Positions 7,093-17,850 of a stretch of DNA of 27,000 nt are shown here, piece by piece (position 1 is the first letter of the stretch; each line of letters starts with the position of its first letter). The notes below the pieces were generated by a model. That model was not told the origin of the DNA. It saw nothing but the letters and a program-made list of their open reading frames with translations, and did no database searches. This DNA comes from a virus (lineage: Duplodnaviria; Caudoviricetes), in the IMG/VR virus record IMGVR_UViG_3300025723_000142, positions 1 to 27,000 of that record, one strand, 5' to 3'. Made by a program: the position numbers and the translations under genes.

Positions 7093-10000
7093 CTACGCGT
7101 TCGCGGTCGGGGCTTTAGCCAGGGTGTTTAGTAGACGGGCGATTTTGGAAGCAGCAGGATTAGCGGCCGCTTTCTCCATGACGGCATACAGGCTTTGCTT
7201 CAGGTCCCACTTCTGGGTGCCACTGGTTGCGTTGATTTCGGCAATGTAAGCGTTGTAAATCTTGTACGCCTCGTTCATATTGTTTACGTCGTCCTTGCTC
7301 AACAGACCCTTAGAGATTGTCTCTTGCTGCATCTTGGGGTCGCTAACAAACTGACCGAGTTGCTGAACAGCGGCGATTTGGTGTTGCTTTGAAACAGATG
7401 TTATGAGTGGGCTAGCGTTGCTTTCCCAAATTGGATTTACAAATTTACCGAAGTCTTTGGTTGCCGCATCAAGAGCTTTCTTGCCTTGGTAACTAATGTT
7501 GTTGCGAGGGTCGTTGGGACCAAAGTAGCCACCGCCACCAGGCGCACCCGAACCATACGATTTGTAGAACGTTGGCTCCAAGTACTCGTAGTACCACTGA
7601 TCGCCCATGGTGATAAGCGTTGCCTTCATGTACTCATCCGGCGTATCAGCCCTGCGCAGTTGCATACTGACCTGCGATTGGTACGCCGCAGGCACGTACT
7701 TGCCTTGGTTGTCAACCAACAAAGCGGCAAGGAATGGGATGCCATTCTCACCAATAAGGTTTGGAGCGTTGTCGTGCCACTTCATAAAGTCAGCAGTCTG
7801 ACCAAATGGACCGTATGGACTTTGCGACGTCGACACGGTGTCAAGGAAGTTTTGTGGGAACTTGAGCGCAAACTCAGACACCGCACTGCTGTAGCCAATG
7901 GGCGAGCCATCGGGGAGTTTCTGCTTGAGAATCTGGTTGAACTCATTTGATTTAGAGAAACGCTCTTGCAACGACGTCGACACCGGCAGGGCGAACATGG
8001 TTAGCAGTTTGCCCATGTACAAACCAAGTGCAGCAACCTGCATTTCGTCTGCGAATTTCTGCCTGTTCTTTTCTCCGATTCTTGGGCTACCAAAATGAAT
8101 CATAAGCATTTCGTCGGCGTACAGGTTGGCGTCAAGGTGCTTTTGTTCGGCAGACGCAAACGTAGCCTTGCCGTACTTGTCGTAGTATTCCTTGATTAGT
8201 TGCGAGCGGAAATCATCCATCTTGCTGTGCATGGCTTTGATTTGCGCTTGCAACACAGGAGCGACGGTCATGCCGTTACCGGCTGCTCGTTCCCCTACAG
8301 CGAGACCTTCTTGGAAAAGGTCACGGTAAAACGCCGAAGGGAGAAGGTCGGAGAACATACTAGTTTTTGAACCAACCGGGCCAAGAGTAGCTTCCAAGAA
8401 TTTGCTGTACGGTTTTGGATCAAACAGACCTGTCTCACCAAGCAACTTCTCCGCAATGCTGACGAACGGACCGGCTGGTGGCCGTATCATTTCTTCCAAG
8501 CCAGCCATGCCAGTTTGGTAGCCGGTGAGGATAACGCTGTTGAGCGAGCTGAGGCTACCGGAGTAGTCAAACATCATGCCGCTAATGTTTGGCCCAAGGT
8601 TGAAGATGTTGGACATAAAGCCAGGCAGGTACTCGGTACCGGGAATGGCGATAACCGGACTCTGACCATTCTGTGAGTGTGAGTGCAGGTAGTCCGTGGC
8701 ATGGAGGGAAAACTTGAGGAACTCGGTAAACGCCTGTGGGTTTTCTTCCAGCATGCGGAACGCTCGACGGTACGCCTGATTCTTGGCGAACCAGAATGGT
8801 GAATAGATACGAGCGTTCTGTTCAAACGCAAAGCGGTCAGCAGGATTGTGAACATACTTAGCCATTTGGATAAATGAATTTTCCATGGCCTTGTTAATTG
8901 CTTGGTCCTCGGTGATGATGCCACGAGCAACCTTTTCGCGCAACGCTTCCATCTCAATGTGGAAGCCAAGCAGGAATGTAGGTTCACGGCTGACCCAACC
9001 AAGGAACTTGCCAAAGGTCTTGTCAAGGATGTAGTGGTTAGCGGCGTTGGGCGCTTTCAATAAAGTGCTAGCACCTGCGCCAATCAATTTTGCGCCGGGG
9101 ATACGCATGGCGACTTCCATAAGTTTGTTGAACTCACGGACACCCTTGGTCTGCCACGGGAACTTTACGGGTTGGCGATCGATAAGGTTTTTGGGCGCAC
9201 CGTCAAGCGAGGCGTACTGCTTTACCAATGCCGCAGGCCCCTTGATTTGCCCGCTAATAGCCTGGTCGAGAAGGTCATTGTGGATGACCCACTTGCCTTC
9301 CTTGTTTACACCAGAGAAGATGCTGAGTACGTCATACGCCGTTGTTTTAGCCCAGTCCTCCATTGGGCTACCCGTTGTAAGTTCAGGGCTTGCAATAATT
9401 CGGTTTGATGCAACGAATGGCGCAAGTTCTGAATCGGACAACGCTTGCTTACGAGGCAAGTCTAAGTTTGTCAAATCTTTTAGAATTTGCTCACGTTCAT
9501 CGTTGGTGAATACATTGCCGCGAGAACTAGTAATTTTCCGCAGGTCCTTGGCAACTTCTAACAACTTCTGGTCACTGTGAACCTTACGCATGTTGTTGCC
9601 CAAGGCTGTGACAATGTTTTCTCCGTTTGCGCGTCCAAACTTGTCGCTGGCGTACAACTTCGACGTCATGGGATTGCCCTTGTCGTCGACGCCGTAAATG
9701 GTTTCAGCAGATGCACCGGAGATAGAGTCGGAATTGTACAACTGTGCGCTGGAGTGGCCAATGTCAGGGACAGCGCCACCCGTGAGTTGCAAAACAGTCT
9801 GAAAGTCGTCCAGCATGCGGTAAAAGCGATCGCCAGTCATGGCTTCAAGAATTCCACGCTGAGTACCAGTAAGCGCACCGGCAAGGAATCGCCCGGAGAA
9901 CTTGGTACCGCCGTGTAGTAGTTCAGCCGCATCCAGCACAAGGCGCTTGATGACAGTCGCTTCAGGTACCTTTTTTATTCCCTCTGCGGTCTTTACAATG

Positions 10001-12972
10001 CCTTCTTGCAATGGCGCGTACTTGAGCATACGCTTGCCGATGGAACGGGTAAGGCTGGCTTCGATAAAGTCAGTGCTACCAAAGCGCAGGAGGTTTGGAA
10101 TAAACTCTGCTCCGGCGATACGTTCAATGTACCCACCCGTTGACAGCATGAGTGGAATCAGGGCGTGGCTAAGAAGTCGGTTTAAGCCGTCAACGGCAAG
10201 GTTGCCCCAGTGAAGGTATGAGCCACCTGTGCGACCCAGTTGCTTCTCTAGTTGGGCATCAATGGCTTCTCGAACGCTCTTTTGCAGTTTGAGCTTTTCG
10301 TCAATCTTGATGCCAAAGAAATCAACGAAGTCATTGAGGTCCGACATATTGATTGGCAACGATTGCACGCGCGTGAACAGATGACGTTCAATATCTTCAA
10401 ACGCCTTGAGTTGCCCTTCTAGCCTTGCAATCTGTTGGCCTGCATTTGGCGTAGCGCGCAATTTGTAAAATTCAGAAATAACCTTGTCAGTTTCTCGGAA
10501 TACTTGGCGAGAACCCATGACAAACTTTTCAAAGTCATTCATGCCAGGCATTGTGCGGACACGAGCGAAAATGTCGGTGTAGACGCCCTGGGCATTCTTG
10601 TAGCCGTAAACAAGATTGCTAGAGAATTGGCTACCGGCGAAACTGCGGAGGCTACGAGTGACTGTGTTTGCGGCTGTTTTTTCAATGCCGACCAAACGAG
10701 CATTGCGGTACTGAGCCATAGCGGAATAGGCTTCTTCGTCCAAGTAGCGCAGACGGTTTCCTTCGCCAACAACTTCAGGGCCAAGGTGCTTGACTAATGC
10801 ACTCATCTTTCGGACAATGCCAGAAAGAACTTGTGGGTCAATGAACTTACCCTGCGAGATGTGCGTGTCACCGTGACCAAAAAACCCAGTGACGGTCCTG
10901 TCGTCTACAAGCGCCTTGAGAGAATACGCTTCGCCAAATTCACCGTTGACGTAAATACCTGCGCGGCCACCACCACCAGCGTCGTACAACTGCTGCACCA
11001 ATTCGCTAATTGTTTGACGAAGTTCGGTGTGGACAGCGGTGTAGGCGGGGGAATTGGTTGCCTTGGCGATTGACTGGTCAAGCATTGACGAAGTGAGATT
11101 GTTTAGAGCGTGTTGGAAATCTTGCGGGTTTGGCGTGTGCGTGAGCGCGTCACCCATGGCGTCGATCTCAGTACGCGAGAACTGACCTGACATTTGCATC
11201 ATGGCTTGGATGGCGGGGATGGCGTTCTTGTCGCCCATGCGGAAGCTGTAATTCTTGATGTTCGGCATGCCCTTAGCTGCTTCGCCTGCTTCGCTGTACC
11301 AAGGTGCTTCGGTGAGGTTTGATGCGGCCTTACGACGTACCCAAAGTGCTACTTTTTTGGGAACGCTTTTCTCTGCCGCTTCCATGGCAGTGCGCGTGGC
11401 AATGTCAATGCCGTCTTTCTTCAGTGCGCGCTGAGCGCCAGAAAGCGTGGCGTAATCTTTCAGTGCAGCAGCAATAGTGCGCCAAGCCTTGCGCGTAGGC
11501 AATACGTTGCGCGTGAAGTAAGCACCGTCAGCGACGTCGGCAAATACTTGAATAACTTTTTCTGGAGTCTTGGCGTCGGCAAGACGATTGATAAAACGAT
11601 CAACAACTTCAGATGGTCCTACAAGGTCGCGACGCAAAGTTTTGCGAATGGCGACAGCATCGGAGTTGGCAATGAAATCAATCATTCGTGCGCTACGAGA
11701 GGTGGTCCCTGCAACTCGAACGACATCAGCGCCACTCTCAACGCCAAGGCCCTTCCACCAACGGCCAAGCAAACCACCCAAACCTTCTGCGGTGTTGGCT
11801 TTTTCTAAGGTTCCCAAACCCGCTGTAACGGGGTCGGAACTAATAGTTGCGCCAAAGTCAACTGCACCGGAAAGCAATGAATACGGTGCGGTGCCTGGTT
11901 CGATACCAAACGCCTGAGCGAAACCCTGACCGGCAGAGATGCTTTGCTTGCGGCCAAACGCGTCGACGGGGTGTCCGTCCGCTACCGCTTCCCATAGCGC
12001 CTTTGCTTTGGGGTCAGACTGCACCGCCGCCTCGGTCATGTAATAGAGAGCTTGCAGTTGCATACTGCGGTTTAGTGCGTCAACGCCCTTGAACGCTTTT
12101 AGACCAACGCCAGGTACCCACTTGGCGGTGCCTTGAAATACCTTTACCGCATTCTTGAACGACTTAGGTGCGCCCGACAAACGTGCTTCGTCGGCCACCT
12201 TGGAGTCTGCCTGGGCTGTCTCGCTGAACTGTCGGCGCACCTGACGCTGGCGAATTGCCATGGCACGAGCAAGGTCGTCGTCGGTTGCTTTACCTGCGGC
12301 GGTACGCGCTTCAATGCTCGACAAGTTAGCGGCGTCTATTTTTTCTGCGGTGCCACCAATAAGTGCTTCTTCGCCAAAACGTGATGCCAGAATAAGTGGC
12401 GTTATGCGACCAAGCGCGTAGGGAACCCCATGACGTGCAGCGTCGGAACTAAAGAACGACACCATCTGAGATGCCTGCTTTAGACCAAAGTAATTATCTG
12501 GAGTAGGCACTTGTGCAGCAAGACCAGAGCCTAGATTCTTTACCGTTGTAAACGCGTCGTTCAAATTGGAATACATTTGACCAAGACCGTTTGCCTTTCC
12601 ACGCGAGCCGACAAAACCAAGTGTGCCAACTTCGCCAACAGTGGTTGCGGTACGGTTGAGAAAACTTGCAGCGCCCTTAGCCGTGTCAGAAACAGTTTGA
12701 GCCGCACCATCAGCAAGACTAGTTACATCGTGCCACCAGCCACCAGAATTCTTACTTGAGTTTGCTTCGTCGTAAATTGAAGTTTTTACATTGTCAACAA
12801 GATTGTTGTAATTGGTAAGCATCCCCATGCCGTGTGCGTCGACGCCGCTTGCGGAGCCAATGGCGTGAAGTGTTGACGGGTCTGACGAAAGGAAGGGGTT
12901 TGCCTTGAGTGCGGTGGCAACTTGATCTTCGTATGAATTCAGTTCTTTTTGTGTGGCGAACTCTTCAGCCAT
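7093..12972 (-). CDS. Very large virion protein (1959 aa), probable internal/ejection protein
   Basis: Uninterrupted 5.9-kb ORF between portal and scaffold, A/G-rich and helical. Function is inferred from size and position only. Confidence 0.75.
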   Translation of the reverse strand: MAEEFATQKELNSYEDQVATALKANPFLSSDPSTLHAIGSASGVDAHGMGMLTNYNNLVDNVKTSIYDEANSSKNSGGWWHDVTSLADGAAQTVSDTAKGAASFLNRTATTVGEVGTLGFVGSRGKANGLGQMYSNLNDAFTTVKNLGSGLAAQVPTPDNYFGLKQASQMVSFFSSDAARHGVPYALGRITPLILASRFGEEALIGGTAEKIDAANLSSIEARTAAGKATDDDLARAMAIRQRQVRRQFSETAQADSKVADEARLSGAPKSFKNAVKVFQGTAKWVPGVGLKAFKGVDALNRSMQLQALYYMTEAAVQSDPKAKALWEAVADGHPVDAFGRKQSISAGQGFAQAFGIEPGTAPYSLLSGAVDFGATISSDPVTAGLGTLEKANTAEGLGGLLGRWWKGLGVESGADVVRVAGTTSRSARMIDFIANSDAVAIRKTLRRDLVGPSEVVDRFINRLADAKTPEKVIQVFADVADGAYFTRNVLPTRKAWRTIAAALKDYATLSGAQRALKKDGIDIATRTAMEAAEKSVPKKVALWVRRKAASNLTEAPWYSEAGEAAKGMPNIKNYSFRMGDKNAIPAIQAMMQMSGQFSRTEIDAMGDALTHTPNPQDFQHALNNLTSSMLDQSIAKATNSPAYTAVHTELRQTISELVQQLYDAGGGGRAGIYVNGEFGEAYSLKALVDDRTVTGFFGHGDTHISQGKFIDPQVLSGIVRKMSALVKHLGPEVVGEGNRLRYLDEEAYSAMAQYRNARLVGIEKTAANTVTRSLRSFAGSQFSSNLVYGYKNAQGVYTDIFARVRTMPGMNDFEKFVMGSRQVFRETDKVISEFYKLRATPNAGQQIARLEGQLKAFEDIERHLFTRVQSLPINMSDLNDFVDFFGIKIDEKLKLQKSVREAIDAQLEKQLGRTGGSYLHWGNLAVDGLNRLLSHALIPLMLSTGGYIERIAGAEFIPNLLRFGSTDFIEASLTRSIGKRMLKYAPLQEGIVKTAEGIKKVPEATVIKRLVLDAAELLHGGTKFSGRFLAGALTGTQRGILEAMTGDRFYRMLDDFQTVLQLTGGAVPDIGHSSAQLYNSDSISGASAETIYGVDDKGNPMTSKLYASDKFGRANGENIVTALGNNMRKVHSDQKLLEVAKDLRKITSSRGNVFTNDEREQILKDLTNLDLPRKQALSDSELAPFVASNRIIASPELTTGSPMEDWAKTTAYDVLSIFSGVNKEGKWVIHNDLLDQAISGQIKGPAALVKQYASLDGAPKNLIDRQPVKFPWQTKGVREFNKLMEVAMRIPGAKLIGAGASTLLKAPNAANHYILDKTFGKFLGWVSREPTFLLGFHIEMEALREKVARGIITEDQAINKAMENSFIQMAKYVHNPADRFAFEQNARIYSPFWFAKNQAYRRAFRMLEENPQAFTEFLKFSLHATDYLHSHSQNGQSPVIAIPGTEYLPGFMSNIFNLGPNISGMMFDYSGSLSSLNSVILTGYQTGMAGLEEMIRPPAGPFVSIAEKLLGETGLFDPKPYSKFLEATLGPVGSKTSMFSDLLPSAFYRDLFQEGLAVGERAAGNGMTVAPVLQAQIKAMHSKMDDFRSQLIKEYYDKYGKATFASAEQKHLDANLYADEMLMIHFGSPRIGEKNRQKFADEMQVAALGLYMGKLLTMFALPVSTSLQERFSKSNEFNQILKQKLPDGSPIGYSSAVSEFALKFPQNFLDTVSTSQSPYGPFGQTADFMKWHDNAPNLIGENGIPFLAALLVDNQGKYVPAAYQSQVSMQLRRADTPDEYMKATLITMGDQWYYEYLEPTFYKSYGSGAPGGGGYFGPNDPRNNISYQGKKALDAATKDFGKFVNPIWESNASPLITSVSKQHQIAAVQQLGQFVSDPKMQQETISKGLLSKDDVNNMNEAYKIYNAYIAEINATSGTQKWDLKQSLYAVMEKAAANPAASKIARLLNTLAKAPTANA

Positions 12973-13394
12973 TACATCCCCATTGACGAGGCAAGGGCTG
13001 ACAGCTCAGCAAGAACGGGCGACGGGTTGCTCTGGGCGTGAGCAGCCATCTGCGCAGAAATTGGAATTTGCGTTGTCATCATTGCCTCCGAGCCAGCACC
13101 GGGGCCGTAGTCAATACCAGTTGTTACTGGTTCGGCAGGACGGTTGGTTTGTTCAAGGTGTGGCAGTTCGCCTGGTTGCGGCAAAGGCTTGCCAGCGGGT
13201 CGAGTGGGCATCTCTGGGGCAGCGGCAACTGGTGACGCACCCATTGGTACTGCTTGCTGTGCTTCGCGCTGTGCGGTGGCCATGCCATACTCCTGATTGG
13301 GAACGGTTGAGATTGGCTGGTTGAGATCGGTACGGTTTCCGTATGACGTACCTACTGTGCCTTGGCGAGCGCCGCCTCTACCCTTACGTGGCAT
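12972..13394 (-). CDS. Hypothetical P/Q/A-rich protein downstream of portal
   Basis: 140-aa ORF with a basic N-terminus (MPRKGRGGARQG) and TNRPAEPVTTG segment, coupled to the next gene. Confidence 0.75.
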   Translation of the reverse strand: MPRKGRGGARQGTVGTSYGNRTDLNQPISTVPNQEYGMATAQREAQQAVPMGASPVAAAPEMPTRPAGKPLPQPGELPHLEQTNRPAEPVTTGIDYGPGAGSEAMMTTQIPISAQMAAHAQSNPSPVLAELSALASSMGM

Positions 13395-13397
13395 TTA

Positions 13398-15275
13398 TTA
13401 GACTCCTGCTGGTGCTGGTGCTGGTGCCTGAGCGACGGGACCGCCCGCAGGTGCGCCTCCACCGCTGTGAAGTTGGGAAATCAAAGACTGAATATCGGGT
13501 GCCTGCTGTGGCTGTGCGCCCTGCACTGGATTGTCGGGGCTGACGCCAAGACCAGGCTGTTGCTCTGGCGTGGGCTGTTGCTGTTGCGCCTGCGCCTGAG
13601 CCTGCGCGTGTTGCTCTTCCTGCATCTCCTTGTGAATCTGCGTTACCGCGTCCTCAAGGGTGGTGTGGCGCTCTGCCTTCTTCATGGCAATACGAGCGAT
13701 GATGCTGGGGTCAAGTGCGCCTTGTGCGGCCTGCTGTTCCAAGCCGGTAAGCATCGCCTTACGGAGTCCCTCGACCTCAACACGGTCGGCTTCGGCAATC
13801 GGATCCTTGATGGCGGGGTCAAGCATACGAGCAGTTTCGTTGGACATGATTCCCATGCCGACACGCTGACCGATAGACACGACCATAGAGTTGACGTCGC
13901 TACCTGGCATTGGGTAGATGACCTTGGACACGGTAGTCTCAAAGGCTTCGTTAGGCGTGTAGTCGGGGCGCTCAATCTTGCCATCGGCGCTGAAGAAGAA
14001 CATACTGGGCTTGTTGCCGTAGTACGACTTCATAATCTTGACAGCGCGAGCGTTCTCCAACTCCATTGAGTTAGCGAGAATCTCCTGATATTCCTGCAAC
14101 GGCATGTCGATGGCAGAGCCGAGGACAGTGGCACCACGTCGAGCGGTACGGATGTTTGATCCGGACTCACCGTTCAGCTCAGATGGGATGTTACCCGTCA
14201 TACGCTGGGCGCGCTCAAGATTGTTGATTGCAATCTGGGCGTCCTGCGTCTGCTGTGGGTGGATTATCTGAATCTGGCCCTTGTCGAGAATTCCTCGGAT
14301 GCCCATCTTGCCGTCAGCCTCTTGAATGATTCGGGGGCTAGTAGGCGCATTTGCTGGTGAGACAACCCATTCGTCTGGGAATACATTGCGGAATACAGCA
14401 ATGGTGTTGAGTGCATCTAACTTAGCCTCTCGCTGGTACATACCAAGCATCTGGTCGAATTGTCCCTGCAAGCGGTCAAGGGTAATACGACCGGCGATGA
14501 CGACGGGGCAAACCTCTGCGCGGTTGGGGATACGCTCTAGGATAACGTTTGACGCGGTTCCCTTGCCAGGGTCGGAGCCAAACGGTGTAGCCTGCGGCTT
14601 CTCGGCGCCAACGGCAAGCATGACGGTTTCGTTGCCGTCCATGTATTCAAGAACTTGGAACAGGTCCGTCTTGCTCTTGTCGCCACGGTACAGCACGTTC
14701 ATCTGCTTAGGGTAGTTCTCCATCAACCAACCGAGGGGTCGACGGTCGGCAAAGATGCAGTCAGTCGGTTCCATGTTGTCAGGGTCAATCATGGGCGCTG
14801 GGTACGTGGATAATGGGTTGCGTACACGCCAGAATGGAATCTGTCGGCGGTCGGCGGGGTCAAGTGCAACGGGGGAAAGCGAGATGGCCGACATACCGTA
14901 GGCAGTCAAGTGACGCGCACGACGACGTACCTTGGTAGTCATCTTGTTCATGTCCCACCAACCAAGGTTGGCAAGGCGGCGGTCACGCGCACGATTCTCC
15001 GACACCTGGATACCGTTGCGCAGTGCAGGGTACTGAATGTCAGGAAGAATTGACGCCACGCGCATAGAGAACTGGTCAATGCCCTGAGCGATAAGGTTAG
15101 GGATTGCTGGGCGCTCTGCTTCGTCAAGCTCCGGAAGTGGTACGATAACGTCGCCGTTGTAGTGATCGCGTACTTCGGTCATACGCTTGATAACGCCCGA
15201 GCGACCCATACGCCGCTCTTGGTACATCGTGACAATCTGCCCTGCCGCTGTTGCGTTATCCGGGGAGAGTCCCAT
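13398..15275 (-). CDS. Portal protein
   Basis: 625 aa, directly downstream of the terminase. N-terminal PNLIAQGIDQ segment, helical core and low-complexity Q/P/A tail are typical of portals. Confidence 0.8.
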   Translation of the reverse strand: MGLSPDNATAAGQIVTMYQERRMGRSGVIKRMTEVRDHYNGDVIVPLPELDEAERPAIPNLIAQGIDQFSMRVASILPDIQYPALRNGIQVSENRARDRRLANLGWWDMNKMTTKVRRRARHLTAYGMSAISLSPVALDPADRRQIPFWRVRNPLSTYPAPMIDPDNMEPTDCIFADRRPLGWLMENYPKQMNVLYRGDKSKTDLFQVLEYMDGNETVMLAVGAEKPQATPFGSDPGKGTASNVILERIPNRAEVCPVVIAGRITLDRLQGQFDQMLGMYQREAKLDALNTIAVFRNVFPDEWVVSPANAPTSPRIIQEADGKMGIRGILDKGQIQIIHPQQTQDAQIAINNLERAQRMTGNIPSELNGESGSNIRTARRGATVLGSAIDMPLQEYQEILANSMELENARAVKIMKSYYGNKPSMFFFSADGKIERPDYTPNEAFETTVSKVIYPMPGSDVNSMVVSIGQRVGMGIMSNETARMLDPAIKDPIAEADRVEVEGLRKAMLTGLEQQAAQGALDPSIIARIAMKKAERHTTLEDAVTQIHKEMQEEQHAQAQAQAQQQQPTPEQQPGLGVSPDNPVQGAQPQQAPDIQSLISQLHSGGGAPAGGPVAQAPAPAPAGV

Positions 15276-15278
15276 TCA

Positions 15279-17192
15279 TTACCTCAAGTTCGATAGTTGC
15301 GTTTGACGCACCCAATTGGGTCGCCAAGCCTGTACCTTCTGCGTCTTAGGCTGGTAGAGGTTGGGGATGTTCCATTCAAAGAACCACTCAGCCATTACAC
15401 AGTCGTCTGTACGTCCGTGAGGATATTTGGTCACTTCGTCAATGAGCGCCATTGAACGAACTTTACCTTCACCCTTACCCATCAATCTTACACGACCGAA
15501 ACGCCAATGTTGAGAAATCGTCGTAACACCGTAATTTGCGTCACTCTTGTTGGTGTTAGTGTTGTGAGGAATTACCTCGACGCCGTTGAGTTGTCGCCAG
15601 CGTTTGAAGTGGTCATACTGGAGCATGAACCGCTGTGCAGCGTTTTGCTCAATGACCCATGTTTGGATTGGGAAGCCCAGACTGGTCGATAGTCGTTGCC
15701 ATTCTTCCATAACCCCGGTGAACTCACCGATATTGTAGTTGTACTCAAGAAATTCTGGCGCTTCCATTTTCTTACGAATAAGGTCAAGCAGGAACCGTTG
15801 CTGACTCTCTGGATGGTATAGCCAACATTGAATCGACCAAAAGTTAGTTGGCGAAGGGTCGGCTGTTGCGACAACCATGCAGTCGGCGGGATTGAGTCCC
15901 GGTGGTATTTCCCACCTGTCTCGGTCCTTATCAATGCAGCCAATCGATGTTCCGTGTCCATATACCCACTCGTTTCGTACCAGAGTTTCATCTAGGGCAA
16001 TGTCCTCTTGTTGATAAACAACTGCAAAGCGCTCTCCACGATTAGACATAAGGTTAGATATTTCGCGCCAGGGTAGGCGCCGGGGGTCAAGTAAGCATCC
16101 TTTCGGGTAAGCCTCTGAACCTCGTTTATGGTGTCCTGGGTCGCATAGTTCTTCATAGTGGGCCTTGTACTTTAGGTGCTTGTATTTCTTGTCGTGCCGC
16201 AAGTTGGCGATTTCTTCGTCGGTAAGTACGTCAAGTACTTCCTCATCTTCGATTGGCTGGGTCATGTCCAGCGCAAAGCGGTACAGATCGTCTGGCGCTA
16301 GCCTCTGACCGATAAGCGCAAGCATGCCAGCCGGTTCCAGACGCGTCTCGGCCACGTCCTGATACCAGTCCTCCATAGCCTCCCGCTGTTCAGCCGAACG
16401 CACCTTACGAGGGTCAACAAGGTCGTCCCAGAAACAGCCGTCGAAGCGGCCGCCAATAAAACCAGAGTCCATACCATAAGCACTTAGTGTCGGTTCCTTT
16501 TCTGAGATTGCACCGGCATCTTCCGGCTGCATAACAATGAATGCTTCATTGGTCCATAATTCTTTGTCTAATGGTTTGAATCGCCCAAAATCTTGGGCAA
16601 GGGTGGACTCGGCGTCAAATGCTTGACCACGGGCTTTTAAGTTGTCGTCAGCTTGTTCTGGGATGACACGCTCCAGCGAACGACGCACACGCATCAAGTT
16701 GCGCTTGGCAAGGCTCATGGTGGCTGAGCCGGTCAATAGACGCACTGAACGGTTGCGGCAGATGATCCAGCACGTCATGTCGTGGAGCAGAGTAGTCTTA
16801 CCGGAACCTGGTGGCATGTTCATCACCACGTATTCCTTCTGGTCAGACTCCAGCAGTTTGACTAACGCCTCGCCCGCTTCTTCCTGCCAAGGCGTAGATA
16901 CACGACCAAAATAACGACGACGAAAGTAGCCAAAATCTTCAAGCGCCTGCTGTGCCTCAGCAGGAAGATTCTCGTATTTCTTCGGACCTTCAAGTTTTGA
17001 CTCTGCTTTCAGTTCTCTATAATTAGAGGCAGATGAGTCAATTCCTTCATCGGCTCGTAGATTTTGGGCAGCCTTTTCGACTCGGTAGGCGGTGGCTTCC
17101 GAGAACTTCGCCTTCTGGGCGCTTTGGGCGATTGAGAAACCTGCCGCTCGTGCTTCAAAGTACTTCTTCCGCTGTACTGGTGTTACTGCCAT
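15279..17192 (-). CDS. terL: Terminase large subunit with N-terminal HTH-like extension
   Basis: Walker A MPPGSGKTT, Walker B CFWDDLVD, coupling motif IGQR, RNase H-like nuclease motifs TADPS and HGRTDDCVMA. Confidence 0.93.
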   Translation of the reverse strand: MAVTPVQRKKYFEARAAGFSIAQSAQKAKFSEATAYRVEKAAQNLRADEGIDSSASNYRELKAESKLEGPKKYENLPAEAQQALEDFGYFRRRYFGRVSTPWQEEAGEALVKLLESDQKEYVVMNMPPGSGKTTLLHDMTCWIICRNRSVRLLTGSATMSLAKRNLMRVRRSLERVIPEQADDNLKARGQAFDAESTLAQDFGRFKPLDKELWTNEAFIVMQPEDAGAISEKEPTLSAYGMDSGFIGGRFDGCFWDDLVDPRKVRSAEQREAMEDWYQDVAETRLEPAGMLALIGQRLAPDDLYRFALDMTQPIEDEEVLDVLTDEEIANLRHDKKYKHLKYKAHYEELCDPGHHKRGSEAYPKGCLLDPRRLPWREISNLMSNRGERFAVVYQQEDIALDETLVRNEWVYGHGTSIGCIDKDRDRWEIPPGLNPADCMVVATADPSPTNFWSIQCWLYHPESQQRFLLDLIRKKMEAPEFLEYNYNIGEFTGVMEEWQRLSTSLGFPIQTWVIEQNAAQRFMLQYDHFKRWRQLNGVEVIPHNTNTNKSDANYGVTTISQHWRFGRVRLMGKGEGKVRSMALIDEVTKYPHGRTDDCVMAEWFFEWNIPNLYQPKTQKVQAWRPNWVRQTQLSNLR

Positions 17193-17444
17193 TCAACTGT
17201 TCAGAGCAGTGGATAACAACCCGGTAATGCGGTAGGTCGGCACATTCCCGTCAAAGATAGAGAATATGCCACCGTTGCCATCCTTGAAGTCGCGTACTGC
17301 CACGACTAGGCAGTAATCCTCGATAGTGGGCATGTCCCAACGTTCGTCTAGTTCTAGGTCCTCGTTGACGCTAACTAGGAACTTGGGGAGGTTTTCCTCA
17401 AGCCACGACTTTAGGGACTCTTGGATTACATCCCCGTTTGACAT
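17193..17444 (-). CDS. Hypothetical protein (83 aa)
   Basis: The stop abuts the terminase start; TAATG overlap upstream. Confidence 0.7.
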   Translation of the reverse strand: MSNGDVIQESLKSWLEENLPKFLVSVNEDLELDERWDMPTIEDYCLVVAVRDFKDGNGGIFSIFDGNVPTYRITGLLSTALNS

Positions 17445-17704
17445 TAGGCGACCGACGTGTCGGTAGGCTTGTTGGAGTTAGCGACCAGCTGGTTGACGAC
17501 GTGATCGGCTGCCAGCAAGTTTGCTTCCAAGTTGTGAGTCTTGACAAAGTGTAGAGCTTCGATAAGTGCAGCGGCAGCGCTAGGCACCACTACGGCAAGG
17601 CCCTGCACAAAGGGAGGGATAGCAAAGCCAGGGTGGATGATTGCAAGCACCGACGTCGCTCCCGAAAGCAATGCAGTGATGTGAGTACTTAGGTTCTTAT
17701 TCAT
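17444..17704 (-). CDS. Small membrane protein, possible holin
   Basis: 86 aa with two hydrophobic segments. First gene of the late operon. No endolysin is visible in the window. Confidence 0.5.
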   Translation of the reverse strand: MNKNLSTHITALLSGATSVLAIIHPGFAIPPFVQGLAVVVPSAAAALIEALHFVKTHNLEANLLAADHVVNQLVANSNKPTDTSVA

Positions 17705-17710
17705 ATCCCC

Positions 17711-17739
17711 AGTATAAACAAGAAATCCCCCCAGTTACG
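17711..17739 (-). promoter_or_regulatory. Putative late promoter CGTAAC-N17-TATACT, probably giving a leaderless mRNA
   Basis: TATACT (17716-17711) lies 6 nt before ATG 17704. CGTAAC at 17739-17734. Confidence 0.6.
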
Positions 17740-17850
17740 ATACCGAGGGGATTACTTGCGTAAGGTTTGAGTGTTGTCCGTTGTGAACACCACAACCCTA
17801 CCACATTTTTGCGGGGACCCCTAAAAATTTTGGAGCACCTAGGTGCATAT

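Noticed and set aside
13398-13620. Q/A/P repeats at the portal C-terminus
   Set aside because: An ordinary low-complexity tail, common in portal proteins.
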